In this document: positions 1 to 7,516 of the stretch, piece by piece | Numbering within the stretch: the stretch's first letter is position 1 | Layout of the letters: each line of letters starts with the position of its first letter | NCBI RefSeq assembly: GCF_000150275.1 | Contig: NW_002061024.1 | Span: 8,402-16,007, forward strand | Origin: Trichoplax adhaerens | Lineage: Eukaryota; Animalia; Placozoa | Direction of reading: 5' to 3' | DNA length: 7,606 nt | The notes under the pieces: generated by a model | Seen by the model: only the letters and a program-made list of their open reading frames with translations | Told to the model about the DNA's origin: nothing | The model's database searches: none | Translations under genes and position numbers: made by a program

Positions 1-211
1 ACGTTACTTTATGACATCTAACGCTCCTCTGTAATATCTATAGTATTATATAGGGATTTATGGTCCAAAGTAATGAATCTATTTTCTATTAAACTATNTA
101 TTTCAATCTTTCAACAGTAGTATACCCTATTAGTATCTTTGCGGAGATTTAGATGGTGATAATCGTCGCTAAAAAACTGATTTGAGTTATAACGCAAAGT
201 TTAATATGAAA

Positions 212-252
212 TCAGAGTCTTGTCGTGTTACGCTTGAGATACGCTATCATAT
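212..252 (-). CDS. Putative terminal exon of the death-domain gene
   Basis: T-rich acceptor tttttaatttactgTAG (255-253). Read in phase 1 it gives xMIAYLKRNTTRL then TGA (214-212). Confidence 0.35.
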
Positions 253-425
253 CTACAGTAAATTAAAAATAGTCCATGAAAATTCGTTTATCATAAATTG
301 TGTAAATAATGAGAAGAAAATCTTGATAAACACTTTCTGTTTATAGCATAAAAGCTTACCATCTTCTTTTACAGCATTAGCTTTCCTTTTTAAATTTTTA
401 CATGTAGAAACAACTTTACACATAC

Positions 426-671
426 GATGATCTTCAGCTACAGAGCGCAGCCCGCTTTTAAAGAGTGCTTCAACTAATGCTTTCTTTGTGTAACTCCGAC
501 CTTTTCTACGCTTATTAATACTCAACATTTGCGCACATTGATCGTCAACTGATCCAATTTTTTCAGCTATAATTTTATCGATGTCGCCTTCATCAATTCC
601 AAATTCTCTTGCCAAAGTTTTCCACTTTGTTCCAATATCTTTTACGATTTTGCCGTTATACTTCTTGGCTG
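426..671 (-). CDS. Exon encoding a death domain (FADD/TRADD/ankyrin DD-like)
   Basis: The frame of ORF 253-615 extends upstream: AKKYNGKIVKDIGTKWKTLAREFGIDEGDIDKIIAEKIGSVDDQCAQMLSINKRRKGRSYTKKALVEALFKSGLRSVAEDH. This matches the DD pattern (I/L)G.xW..LAR.LG.....ID.I...ML...L..AL...GL..VAE. It is bounded by acceptor ttattgTAG (674-672) and donor GTATGT (425-420), giving 246 nt in phase 1-1. An alternative phase-1 donor GTAAGC lies at 359-354. Confidence 0.8.
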
Positions 672-956
672 CTACAATAATTTTATTTTATTTGCAAAAA
701 TAGGATCAGCGGCTACTTGCGGTACATCATATTAAACAGTATAATAGAAAATCGAATGTAGCAAGAATGAACGATTCTCTCTATACTAAATATATTCCTC
801 TTTCTAAGTTGCAATTGTTGAAAGCGCTTGCTATTCAAACCAATTAAATGACTCTATCTTACAAATCAGGTAAGTCGCTGCTATTACAGTATGCGATAGA
901 TTTTACCGTATTATCACTTAAAATAGTAAAAGAATGTTAGCCGCAGTACAACTTAC

Positions 957-1073
957 AAGAATTGGGTTCGTCCATTTCTATCTCAACAGTTTCATTAGAA
1001 TCGACAGAGACTTTAAATCGAATTGTGGATGCACAACCAGCATTGAATTTCTCAGTTTCGTCTGATTCTTGTT
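957..1073 (-). CDS. Putative internal exon upstream of the death domain (acidic linker)
   Basis: Acceptor ctctAG (1075-1074) and consensus donor GTAAGT (956-951). It is 117 nt, phase 1-1 and open: QESDETEKFNAGCASTIRFKVSVDSNETVEIEMDEPNS. It is phase-compatible with the DD exon. Confidence 0.55.
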
Positions 1074-1307
1074 CTAGAGTTGAATCGACATTACAAAGAT
1101 ACAGTATCATCAGCCATTAAAGAAACAAAGTATAATCTCATTCGCTACTATGCATGCAAGCGCTCAACATTTTTATAAAGTATTATAACATCGTTAAACG
1201 TTAAAAGTATGTACTCTTTTGGCTTAAATAATTCTAATATAGTGTGATTTACTTAACTCAATGTTGTTACACTAACTGCAAGCTATTCTCTTTAAAAATA
1301 CAGAGTG

Positions 1308-2082
1308 NNNNNNNNNNNNNNNNNNNNNNNNNNNNNNNNNNNNNNNNNNNNNNNNNNNNNNNNNNNNNNNNNNNNNNNNNNNNNNNNNNNNNNNNNNNNN
1401 NNNNNNNNNNNNNNNNNNNNNNNNNNNNNNNNNNNNNNNNNNNNNNNNNNNNNNNNNNNNNNNNNNNNNNNNNNNNNNNNNNNNNNNNNNNNNNNNNNNN
1501 NNNNNNNNNNNNNNNNNNNNNNNNNNNNNNNNNNNNNNNNNNNNNNNNNNNNNNNNNNNNNNNNNNNNNNNNNNNNNNNNNNNNNNNNNNNNNNNNNNNN
1601 NNNNNNNNNNNNNNNNNNNNNNNNNNNNNNNNNNNNNNNNNNNNNNNNNNNNNNNNNNNNNNNNNNNNNNNNNNNNNNNNNNNNNNNNNNNNNNNNNNNN
1701 NNNNNNNNNNNNNNNNNNNNNNNNNNNNNNNNNNNNNNNNNNNNNNNNNNNNNNNNNNNNNNNNNNNNNNNNNNNNNNNNNNNNNNNNNNNNNNNNNNNN
1801 NNNNNNNNNNNNNNNNNNNNNNNNNNNNNNNNNNNNNNNNNNNNNNNNNNNNNNNNNNNNNNNNNNNNNNNNNNNNNNNNNNNNNNNNNNNNNNNNNNNN
1901 NNNNNNNNNNNNNNNNNNNNNNNNNNNNNNNNNNNNNNNNNNNNNNNNNNNNNNNNNNNNNNNNNNNNNNNNNNNNNNNNNNNNNNNNNNNNNNNNNNNN
2001 NNNNNNNNNNNNNNNNNNNNNNNNNNNNNNNNNNNNNNNNNNNNNNNNNNNNNNNNNNNNNNNNNNNNNNNNNNNNNNNNNN
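1308..2082. other. Assembly gap (775 N)
   Basis: Run of N. Confidence 1.
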
Positions 2083-2774
2083 AGTTTTGTATCGCGTAGA
2101 GTTTAGAATGTAAATTACGCGTAAAGGGACGTATCAGTCTCACAATTACCATTACGAATACTTGTATTTAAATAGTATAGTATTCAAGTATTTGGCAAAG
2201 TTGTTTTCTCAGAGCTCGTAGTTGAGCGTGAACGATTAGTAAATTGAATTTCTCTTCAGAGATTATAAGTCCTGCATAGCCAGGCAATAACTTAGGATTT
2301 ACGTGCATTGCGTTATTCTGAACTCGCGGTTATGGGCAGTTTAGAGAATAGAGAAATAAAGCATTACTATACTTAACCGAAGATTACCAAGTTGTTGTGA
2401 GTCAGTAGGTCGAATATATCAGCTATCCGACAGTCGGAGTACCTCGTGAGTTAATTCCAGCTCCATCTCATCACGATATACCAAACTGTAACAATATTAT
2501 AACTACTAGCACGAATACTCATACCACCTTAGAATCACTGTTTAAGTTATATTGGGGCTGTACTACACACTACTACTACAATAGGTTTGTCATTGAACGA
2601 TTTTCGCGATCTATTAGATCTTATTAGACTAATAGACCGACTTAGAATTGAACAGGGTTGAAACGCTTATACTTTAAGAAATACTTGGTGGACATGTTGT
2701 TTACCGACTGCAATACTTCAGTATGGTGTCGTAGTGTGCTGTTAGTGCTGTAATTATAATGAAAAGCAGAATAC

Positions 2775-5240
2775 CTAAAGCAAATATCTAATCAAACACC
2801 TTACAAAACGCTCAATGGTACCTGCTAACTCATCTTCCTCTTCTTGCTTCTCGTGTTTCTCTTGCTTTTCTTGCTTCTCTTTCTCCTCTAGCTCCTCTTG
2901 ATGCCTTTTTTCCCCTTGCTCTTCTTGCTTCTCTTGCTTTTCTCGCTTCTCTTGCTCCTCTAGCTCCTTTTGCTTCTCTTTTTCCTCTTGCTCCTTTTTT
3001 TCCCCTTGCTTCTCTTGCTTCTCCTCTTGCTCTTCTTGCTCCTCATGCTCCTCTTGTTTCTCCTCTTGCTTTTCTTGCTTCTCTTGTTCCTCTTGTTTCT
3101 CTTGTTTCTCTTTGAGTGATTTCTCATTCGTAGAAATAGCTTCTTCATGCTTGCCTTCAGCAAAATATACATTTCCTAGACCGCTATACGACTCTGCCAC
3201 ATCAGGATGATTGCTACCCAAAACTGATAATTGAATCTTAAGGGATTGCTTATACATAGAAATAGCTTCTTCATGCTTGCCTTCAGCAAAATATACATTT
3301 CCTAGACCGCTATACGACTCTGCCATATCAGGATGATTGCTACCCAAAACTGATAATTGAATCTTAAGGGATTGCTCATACATGGAAATAGCTTCTTTAT
3401 GCTTGCTTTGATTACTATAGACACGACCAATGTTGCTATATGTTATAGCAATACTTGGATGATTGTCGCCAAGTTGTCTCAGTTTAATCTTGAGTGACTT
3501 GTTATACATTGATAGAGCGTCATCATACTTGCCTTGACGATTATAGACAGTTGCAATATTGCTATATGTTGTAGCAATACTTGGATAATTGTCGCCAAGT
3601 TGTGTTAGATTAATCTTGAGTGATTTGTTATACATTGATAGAGCGTCATCATACTTGCCTTGATCATCATAGACACTTGCAATGTTGTTATATGTATTAG
3701 CAATACTTGGATGATTGTCGCCAAGTTGTGTTTGTCGAATCTTGAGAGACTTGTTATACATTGATAGAGCGTCATCATACTTGCCTTGATCGCTATAGAC
3801 ATTTCCAATGTTGTTATATGTATTAGCAATACTTGGATGATTGTCGCCAAGTTTTGTTAGATTAATGTTGAGTGACTTATTATGCATTGATAGAGCGTCA
3901 TCATACTTGCCTTGATCGCTATAGACATTTCCAATGTTGTTATATGTATTAGCAATACTTGGATGATTGTCGCCAAGTTTTGTTAGATTAATCTTGAGTG
4001 ATTTGTTATACATTGATAGAGCGTCATCATACTTGCCTTGATCTTTATAGACACTTGCAATGTTGTGATATGTTGTAGCAATACTTGGATGATTGTCGCC
4101 AAGTTGTGTCAGTTTAATCTTGAGTGACTTGTTATACATTGATAGAGCGTCATCATACTTGCCTTGATCATCATAGACACTTGCAATATTGCTATATGTT
4201 GTAGCAATACTTGGATGATTGTCGCCAAGTTGTCTCAGTTTAATCTTGAGTGACTTGTTATACATTGATAGAGCGTCATCATACTTGCCTTGACGATTAT
4301 AGACAGTTGCAATATTGCTATATGTTGTAGCAATACTTGGATAATTGTCGCCAAGTTGTGTTAGATTAATCTTGAGTGATTTGTTATACATTGATAGAGC
4401 GTCATCATACTTGCCTTGATCATCATAGACACTTGCAATGTTGTTATATGTATTAGCAATACTTGGATGATTGTCGCCAAGTTGTGTTTGTCGAATCTTG
4501 AGAGACTTGTTATACATTGATAGAGCGTCATCATACTTGCCTTGATCGCTATAGACATTTCCAATGTTGTTATATGTATTAGCAATACTTGGATGATTGT
4601 CGCCAAGTTTTGTTAGATTAATGTTGAGTGACTTATTATGCATTGATAGAGCGTCATCATACTTGCCTTGATCGCTATAGACATTTCCAATGTTGTTATA
4701 TGTATTAGCAATACTTGGATGATTGTCGCCAAGTTTTGTTAGATTAATCTTGAGTGATTTGTTATACATTGATAGAGCGTCATCATACTTGCCTTGATCT
4801 TTATAGACACTTGCAATGTTGTGATATGTTGTAGCAATACTTGGATGATTGTCGCCAAGTTGTGTCAGTTTAATCTTGAGTGACTTGTTATACATTGATA
4901 GAGCGTCATCATACTTGCCTTGATCATCATAGACACTTGCAATATTGCTATATGTTGTAGCAATACTTGGATGATTGTCGCCAAGTTGTCTCAGTTTAAT
5001 CTTGAGTGACTTGTTATACATTGATAGAGCGTCATCATACTTGCCTTGACGATTATAGACAGTTGCAATATTGCTATATGTTGTAGCAATACTTGGATAA
5101 TTGTCGCCAAGTTGTGTTAGATTAATCTTGAGTGATTTGTTATACATTGATAGAGCGTCATCATACTTGCCTTGATCATCATAGACACTTGCAATGTTGT
5201 TATATGTATTAGCAATACTTGGATGATTGTCGCCAAGTGT
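2775..5240 (-). CDS. 42-residue TPR-repeat protein, copy B (5'-partial, runs into the gap): at least 14 core repeats, 3 C-cap repeats, E/K/Q-rich tail
   Basis: The tracked ORF 2775-5147 stays open upstream to the gap (LGDNHPSIANTY... starts at 5237), so Met at 5147 is internal to a repeat. The C-terminus EEEDELAGTIERFVRCLIRYLL is the same as in copy A. Confidence 0.88.
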   Translation of the reverse strand, partial: TLGDNHPSIANTYNNIASVYDDQGKYDDALSMYNKSLKINLTQLGDNYPSIATTYSNIATVYNRQGKYDDALSMYNKSLKIKLRQLGDNHPSIATTYSNIASVYDDQGKYDDALSMYNKSLKIKLTQLGDNHPSIATTYHNIASVYKDQGKYDDALSMYNKSLKINLTKLGDNHPSIANTYNNIGNVYSDQGKYDDALSMHNKSLNINLTKLGDNHPSIANTYNNIGNVYSDQGKYDDALSMYNKSLKIRQTQLGDNHPSIANTYNNIASVYDDQGKYDDALSMYNKSLKINLTQLGDNYPSIATTYSNIATVYNRQGKYDDALSMYNKSLKIKLRQLGDNHPSIATTYSNIASVYDDQGKYDDALSMYNKSLKIKLTQLGDNHPSIATTYHNIASVYKDQGKYDDALSMYNKSLKINLTKLGDNHPSIANTYNNIGNVYSDQGKYDDALSMHNKSLNINLTKLGDNHPSIANTYNNIGNVYSDQGKYDDALSMYNKSLKIRQTQLGDNHPSIANTYNNIASVYDDQGKYDDALSMYNKSLKINLTQLGDNYPSIATTYSNIATVYNRQGKYDDALSMYNKSLKIKLRQLGDNHPSIAITYSNIGRVYSNQSKHKEAISMYEQSLKIQLSVLGSNHPDMAESYSGLGNVYFAEGKHEEAISMYKQSLKIQLSVLGSNHPDVAESYSGLGNVYFAEGKHEEAISTNEKSLKEKQEKQEEQEKQEKQEEKQEEHEEQEEQEEKQEKQGEKKEQEEKEKQKELEEQEKREKQEKQEEQGEKRHQEELEEKEKQEKQEKHEKQEEEDELAGTIERFVRCLIRYLL
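2833..3112 (-). repeat. Low-complexity purine-rich coding repeat (about 9-nt CAAGAGAAG-like units) encoding the E/K/Q tail of copy B
   Basis: The + strand is a ctcttgctt-like pyrimidine tract. It translates as KEKQEKQEEQEKQEKQEEKQ... Confidence 0.9.
3474..5237. repeat. Coding tandem array: 14 x 126-bp units forming a 756-bp six-unit higher-order repeat, (abcdef)x2 + ab
   Basis: The unit order in the translation recurs every 252 aa. Shadow ORFs 3605-3850 and 4361-4606 are identical and exactly 756 bp apart. Confidence 0.95.
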
Positions 5241-5241
5241 G

Positions 5242-5291
5242 NNNNNNNNNNNNNNNNNNNNNNNNNNNNNNNNNNNNNNNNNNNNNNNNNN
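5242..5291. other. Assembly gap (50 N, probably a placeholder size)
   Basis: Exactly 50 N. The bases flanking it on both sides deviate from their repeat copies by small indels or substitutions, as expected at low-quality contig ends. Confidence 0.98.
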
Positions 5292-5297
5292 TCATGC

Positions 5298-5530
5298 TTA
5301 AGTTATATTGGGGCTGTACTATACACTACTATTACAATAGGTTTGTCATTGAACGATTTTCGCGATCTATTCGATCTTATTAGACTAATAGACCGACTTA
5401 GAATTGAACAGGGTTGAAACGCCTATACTTTAAGAAATACTTGGTGGACATGTTGTTTACCGACTGCAATACTTCAGTATGGTGTCGTAGTGTGCTGTTA
5501 GTGCTGTAATTATAATGAAAAGCAGAATAC
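5298..5530. repeat. Second copy of the 3' flank 2542-2774 (offset 2756)
   Basis: By-eye alignment gives about 4 substitutions in about 233 bp with no indels. Homology runs up to the 50-N gap. Confidence 0.92.
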
Positions 5531-7516
5531 CTAAAGCAAATATCTAATCAAACACCTTACAAAGCGCTCAATGGTACCTGCTAACTCATCTTCCTCTTCT
5601 TGCTTCTCGTGTTTCTCTTGCTTTTCTTGCTTCTCTTTCTCTTCTAGCTCCTCTTGATGCCTTTTTTCCCCTTGCTCTTCTTGCTTCTCTTGCTTCTCTT
5701 GTTTCTTCTCTTGCTTTTCTCGCTTCTCTTGCTCCTCTAGCTCCTTTTGCTTCTCTTTTTCCTCTTGCTCCCTATTTTCCCCTTGTTTCTCTTGCTTCTC
5801 CTCTTGCTCTTCTTGCTTCTCATGCTCCTCTTGTTTCTCCTCTTGCTTTTCTTGCTTCTCTTGTTCCTCTTGTTTCTCTTTGAGTGATTTCTCATTCGTA
5901 GAAATAGCTTCTTCACGCTTACCTTCAGCTTGATAGACATTTCTTAGATTGTTATATGACTTTGCGACATCAGGATGGTTGTGACCCAAAACTGATAATA
6001 GAATGTTATAGGATTGCTCGTACATAGAAATAGCTTCTTCATGCTTGCCTTCAGCAAGATATACATTTCCTAGACCGCTATACGACTTTGCCACATCAGG
6101 ATGATTGCGACCCAAAACTGATAATTGAATCTTAAGGGATTGCTTATACATAGAAATAGCTTCTTTATGCTTGCTTTGATTACTATAGACACGACCAATG
6201 TTGCTATATGTTATAGCAATACTTGGATGATTGTCGCCAAGTTGTCTCAGATTAATGTTGAGTGACTTGTTATACATTGATAGAGCGTCATCATACTTGC
6301 CTTGATGATAATAGACACTTGCAATGTTGTTATATGTTACAGCAATACTTGGATGATTGTCGCCAAGTTGTGTTTGTGTAATCTTGAGTGACTTGTTATA
6401 CATTGATAGAGCGTCATCATACTTGCCTTGACGATTATAGACACTTGCAATGTTGTGATATGTATCAGCAATACTTGGATGATTGTCGCCAAGTTGTGTT
6501 AGGTTAATCTTGAGTGACTTGTTATACATTGATAGAGCGTCATCATACTTGCCTTGATTATGATAGACATTTGCAATGTTGTTATATGTATCAGCAATAC
6601 TCGGATGATTGTCGCCAAGTTGTGTCAGATTAATGTTGAGTGACTTGTTATACATTGATAGAGCGTCATCATACTTGCCTTGATGATTATAGACATTTGC
6701 AATGTTGTTATATGTATCAGCAATACTTGGATGATTGTCGCCAAGTTGTGTCAGTTTAATCTTGAGTGACTTGTTATACATTGATAGAGCGTCATCATAC
6801 TTGCCTTGATTATCATAGACAAGACCAATGTTGTTATATGTTGTAGCAATACTTGGATGATTGTCGCCAAGTTGTGTTAGGTTAATCTTGAGTGACTTGT
6901 TATGCATTGATAGAGCGTCATCATACTTGCCTAGGTCTTGATAGACTTGTCCAATGCTGTCATATAATACAGCAATACTTGGATCATTATTTTCAAGAAT
7001 TTTCAGTTTAATCCTTAATGATTTATTGTATTCTTTTAATGCCTCGTCATGCTTGCCTTGATTGTGGTAGACCAAGCCGACCTTCTGATAGGACTTACAG
7101 ACATCAAGATGTTCACTCCCTAACGATTTTAATTTTATTTGAAGTGATTTGTTGTAATCACTCAAAGCACCCATAAAATCACTTTGAAGTCGTTTACAGT
7201 CGCCCTGGATATCGAAACAATAAGAAATCTTGACCTCTTCTAGTTTCTTAGCTAACTTTTCTGCTTTTCCACTGTATTCATTGGCTTCTATCAATTGATA
7301 TTTTTCCAGGTAAGATTGAGCCATAGCGAGATAAATAGAATATTCAAGTTGACGACGACAATCACTACTCTCCGCTATCGATTTGATTTGAGTTACAGCT
7401 TTTTGAAAATAAAATAATGCGTCTTCATAATTGCCTTCGCCATGATATTTCACGCCCTTTTTGCGTATAGATTCAATCTCGTCAAATATCGTAGAATTGC
7501 TAGTTCGATTGCCCAT
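5531..7516 (-). CDS. 42-residue TPR-repeat protein (kinesin-light-chain/nephrocystin-3-type repeats), copy A: MG-x3-S start, divergent N-cap TPRs, 5 near-identical core repeats, 3 C-cap repeats, E/K/Q-rich tail
   Basis: 661-aa ORF. An in-frame TAA at 7522-7520 lies just upstream of the ATG and there is an A at -3, which fixes the start. The repeat LGDNHPSIAxTYxNIxxVYxxQGKYDDALSMYNKSLxIxLxQ fits the TPR consensus (Y4, I7, G/A8, Y11, G15, Y17, A20, Y24). The true 3' end may be spliced at the CAG|GTACCA donor at 5577. Confidence 0.9.
   Translation of the reverse strand: MGNRTSNSTIFDEIESIRKKGVKYHGEGNYEDALFYFQKAVTQIKSIAESSDCRRQLEYSIYLAMAQSYLEKYQLIEANEYSGKAEKLAKKLEEVKISYCFDIQGDCKRLQSDFMGALSDYNKSLQIKLKSLGSEHLDVCKSYQKVGLVYHNQGKHDEALKEYNKSLRIKLKILENNDPSIAVLYDSIGQVYQDLGKYDDALSMHNKSLKINLTQLGDNHPSIATTYNNIGLVYDNQGKYDDALSMYNKSLKIKLTQLGDNHPSIADTYNNIANVYNHQGKYDDALSMYNKSLNINLTQLGDNHPSIADTYNNIANVYHNQGKYDDALSMYNKSLKINLTQLGDNHPSIADTYHNIASVYNRQGKYDDALSMYNKSLKITQTQLGDNHPSIAVTYNNIASVYYHQGKYDDALSMYNKSLNINLRQLGDNHPSIAITYSNIGRVYSNQSKHKEAISMYKQSLKIQLSVLGRNHPDVAKSYSGLGNVYLAEGKHEEAISMYEQSYNILLSVLGHNHPDVAKSYNNLRNVYQAEGKREEAISTNEKSLKEKQEEQEKQEKQEEKQEEHEKQEEQEEKQEKQGENREQEEKEKQKELEEQEKREKQEKKQEKQEKQEEQGEKRHQEELEEKEKQEKQEKHEKQEEEDELAGTIERFVRCLIRYLL
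5589..5881 (-). repeat. Low-complexity coding repeat encoding the E/K/Q tail of copy A
   Basis: Same pattern as copy B, differing by in-frame indels and a few substitutions. Confidence 0.9.
6242..6871. repeat. Coding tandem array: 5 x 126-bp core units of copy A, flanked by diverged units (about 5864-6241 and 6872-7123)
   Basis: ggatgattgtcgccaagttg and cattgatagagcgtcatcatacttgcct recur at a 126-bp period. Confidence 0.95.

Noticed and set aside
867-875. Perfect plus-strand donor CAG|GTAAGT
   Set aside because: I found no convincing plus-strand exon, and the surrounding coding signal is on the minus strand.
1244-2152. ORFs 1244-2113, 1292-2152 and 1305-2099
   Set aside because: Artefacts of reading through the N gap.
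2610-2637. Short inverted repeats (tctattag...ctaataga; also aatacttg...caagtatt near 2157-2193)
   Set aside because: Short and AT-rich, with no target-site duplication or transposase, so likely chance.
2960-3172. Arg/Lys/Ser-rich protamine-like ORF (and its twin at 5737-5940)
   Set aside because: Alternate-frame shadow of the purine-rich E/K/Q tail, which is naturally poor in stop codons.
3605-4606. Two identical 81-aa ORFs
   Set aside because: Off-frame shadows of the TPR array, duplicated by the 756-bp repeat.
3474-5237. CRISPR-like array of constant and variable segments
   Set aside because: The variable segments are homologous to each other, the period is exactly 42 codons in an open frame, there are no cas genes, and the context is eukaryotic.
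5172-5417. 81-aa plus-strand ORF
   Set aside because: Antisense to the repeat and spans the 50-N gap.
5531-7516. Orthology to kinesin light chain or NPHP3
   Set aside because: Only the repeat type is shared. There is no KLC N-terminal heptad region or NPHP3 NTPase domain, so no gene symbol is assigned.
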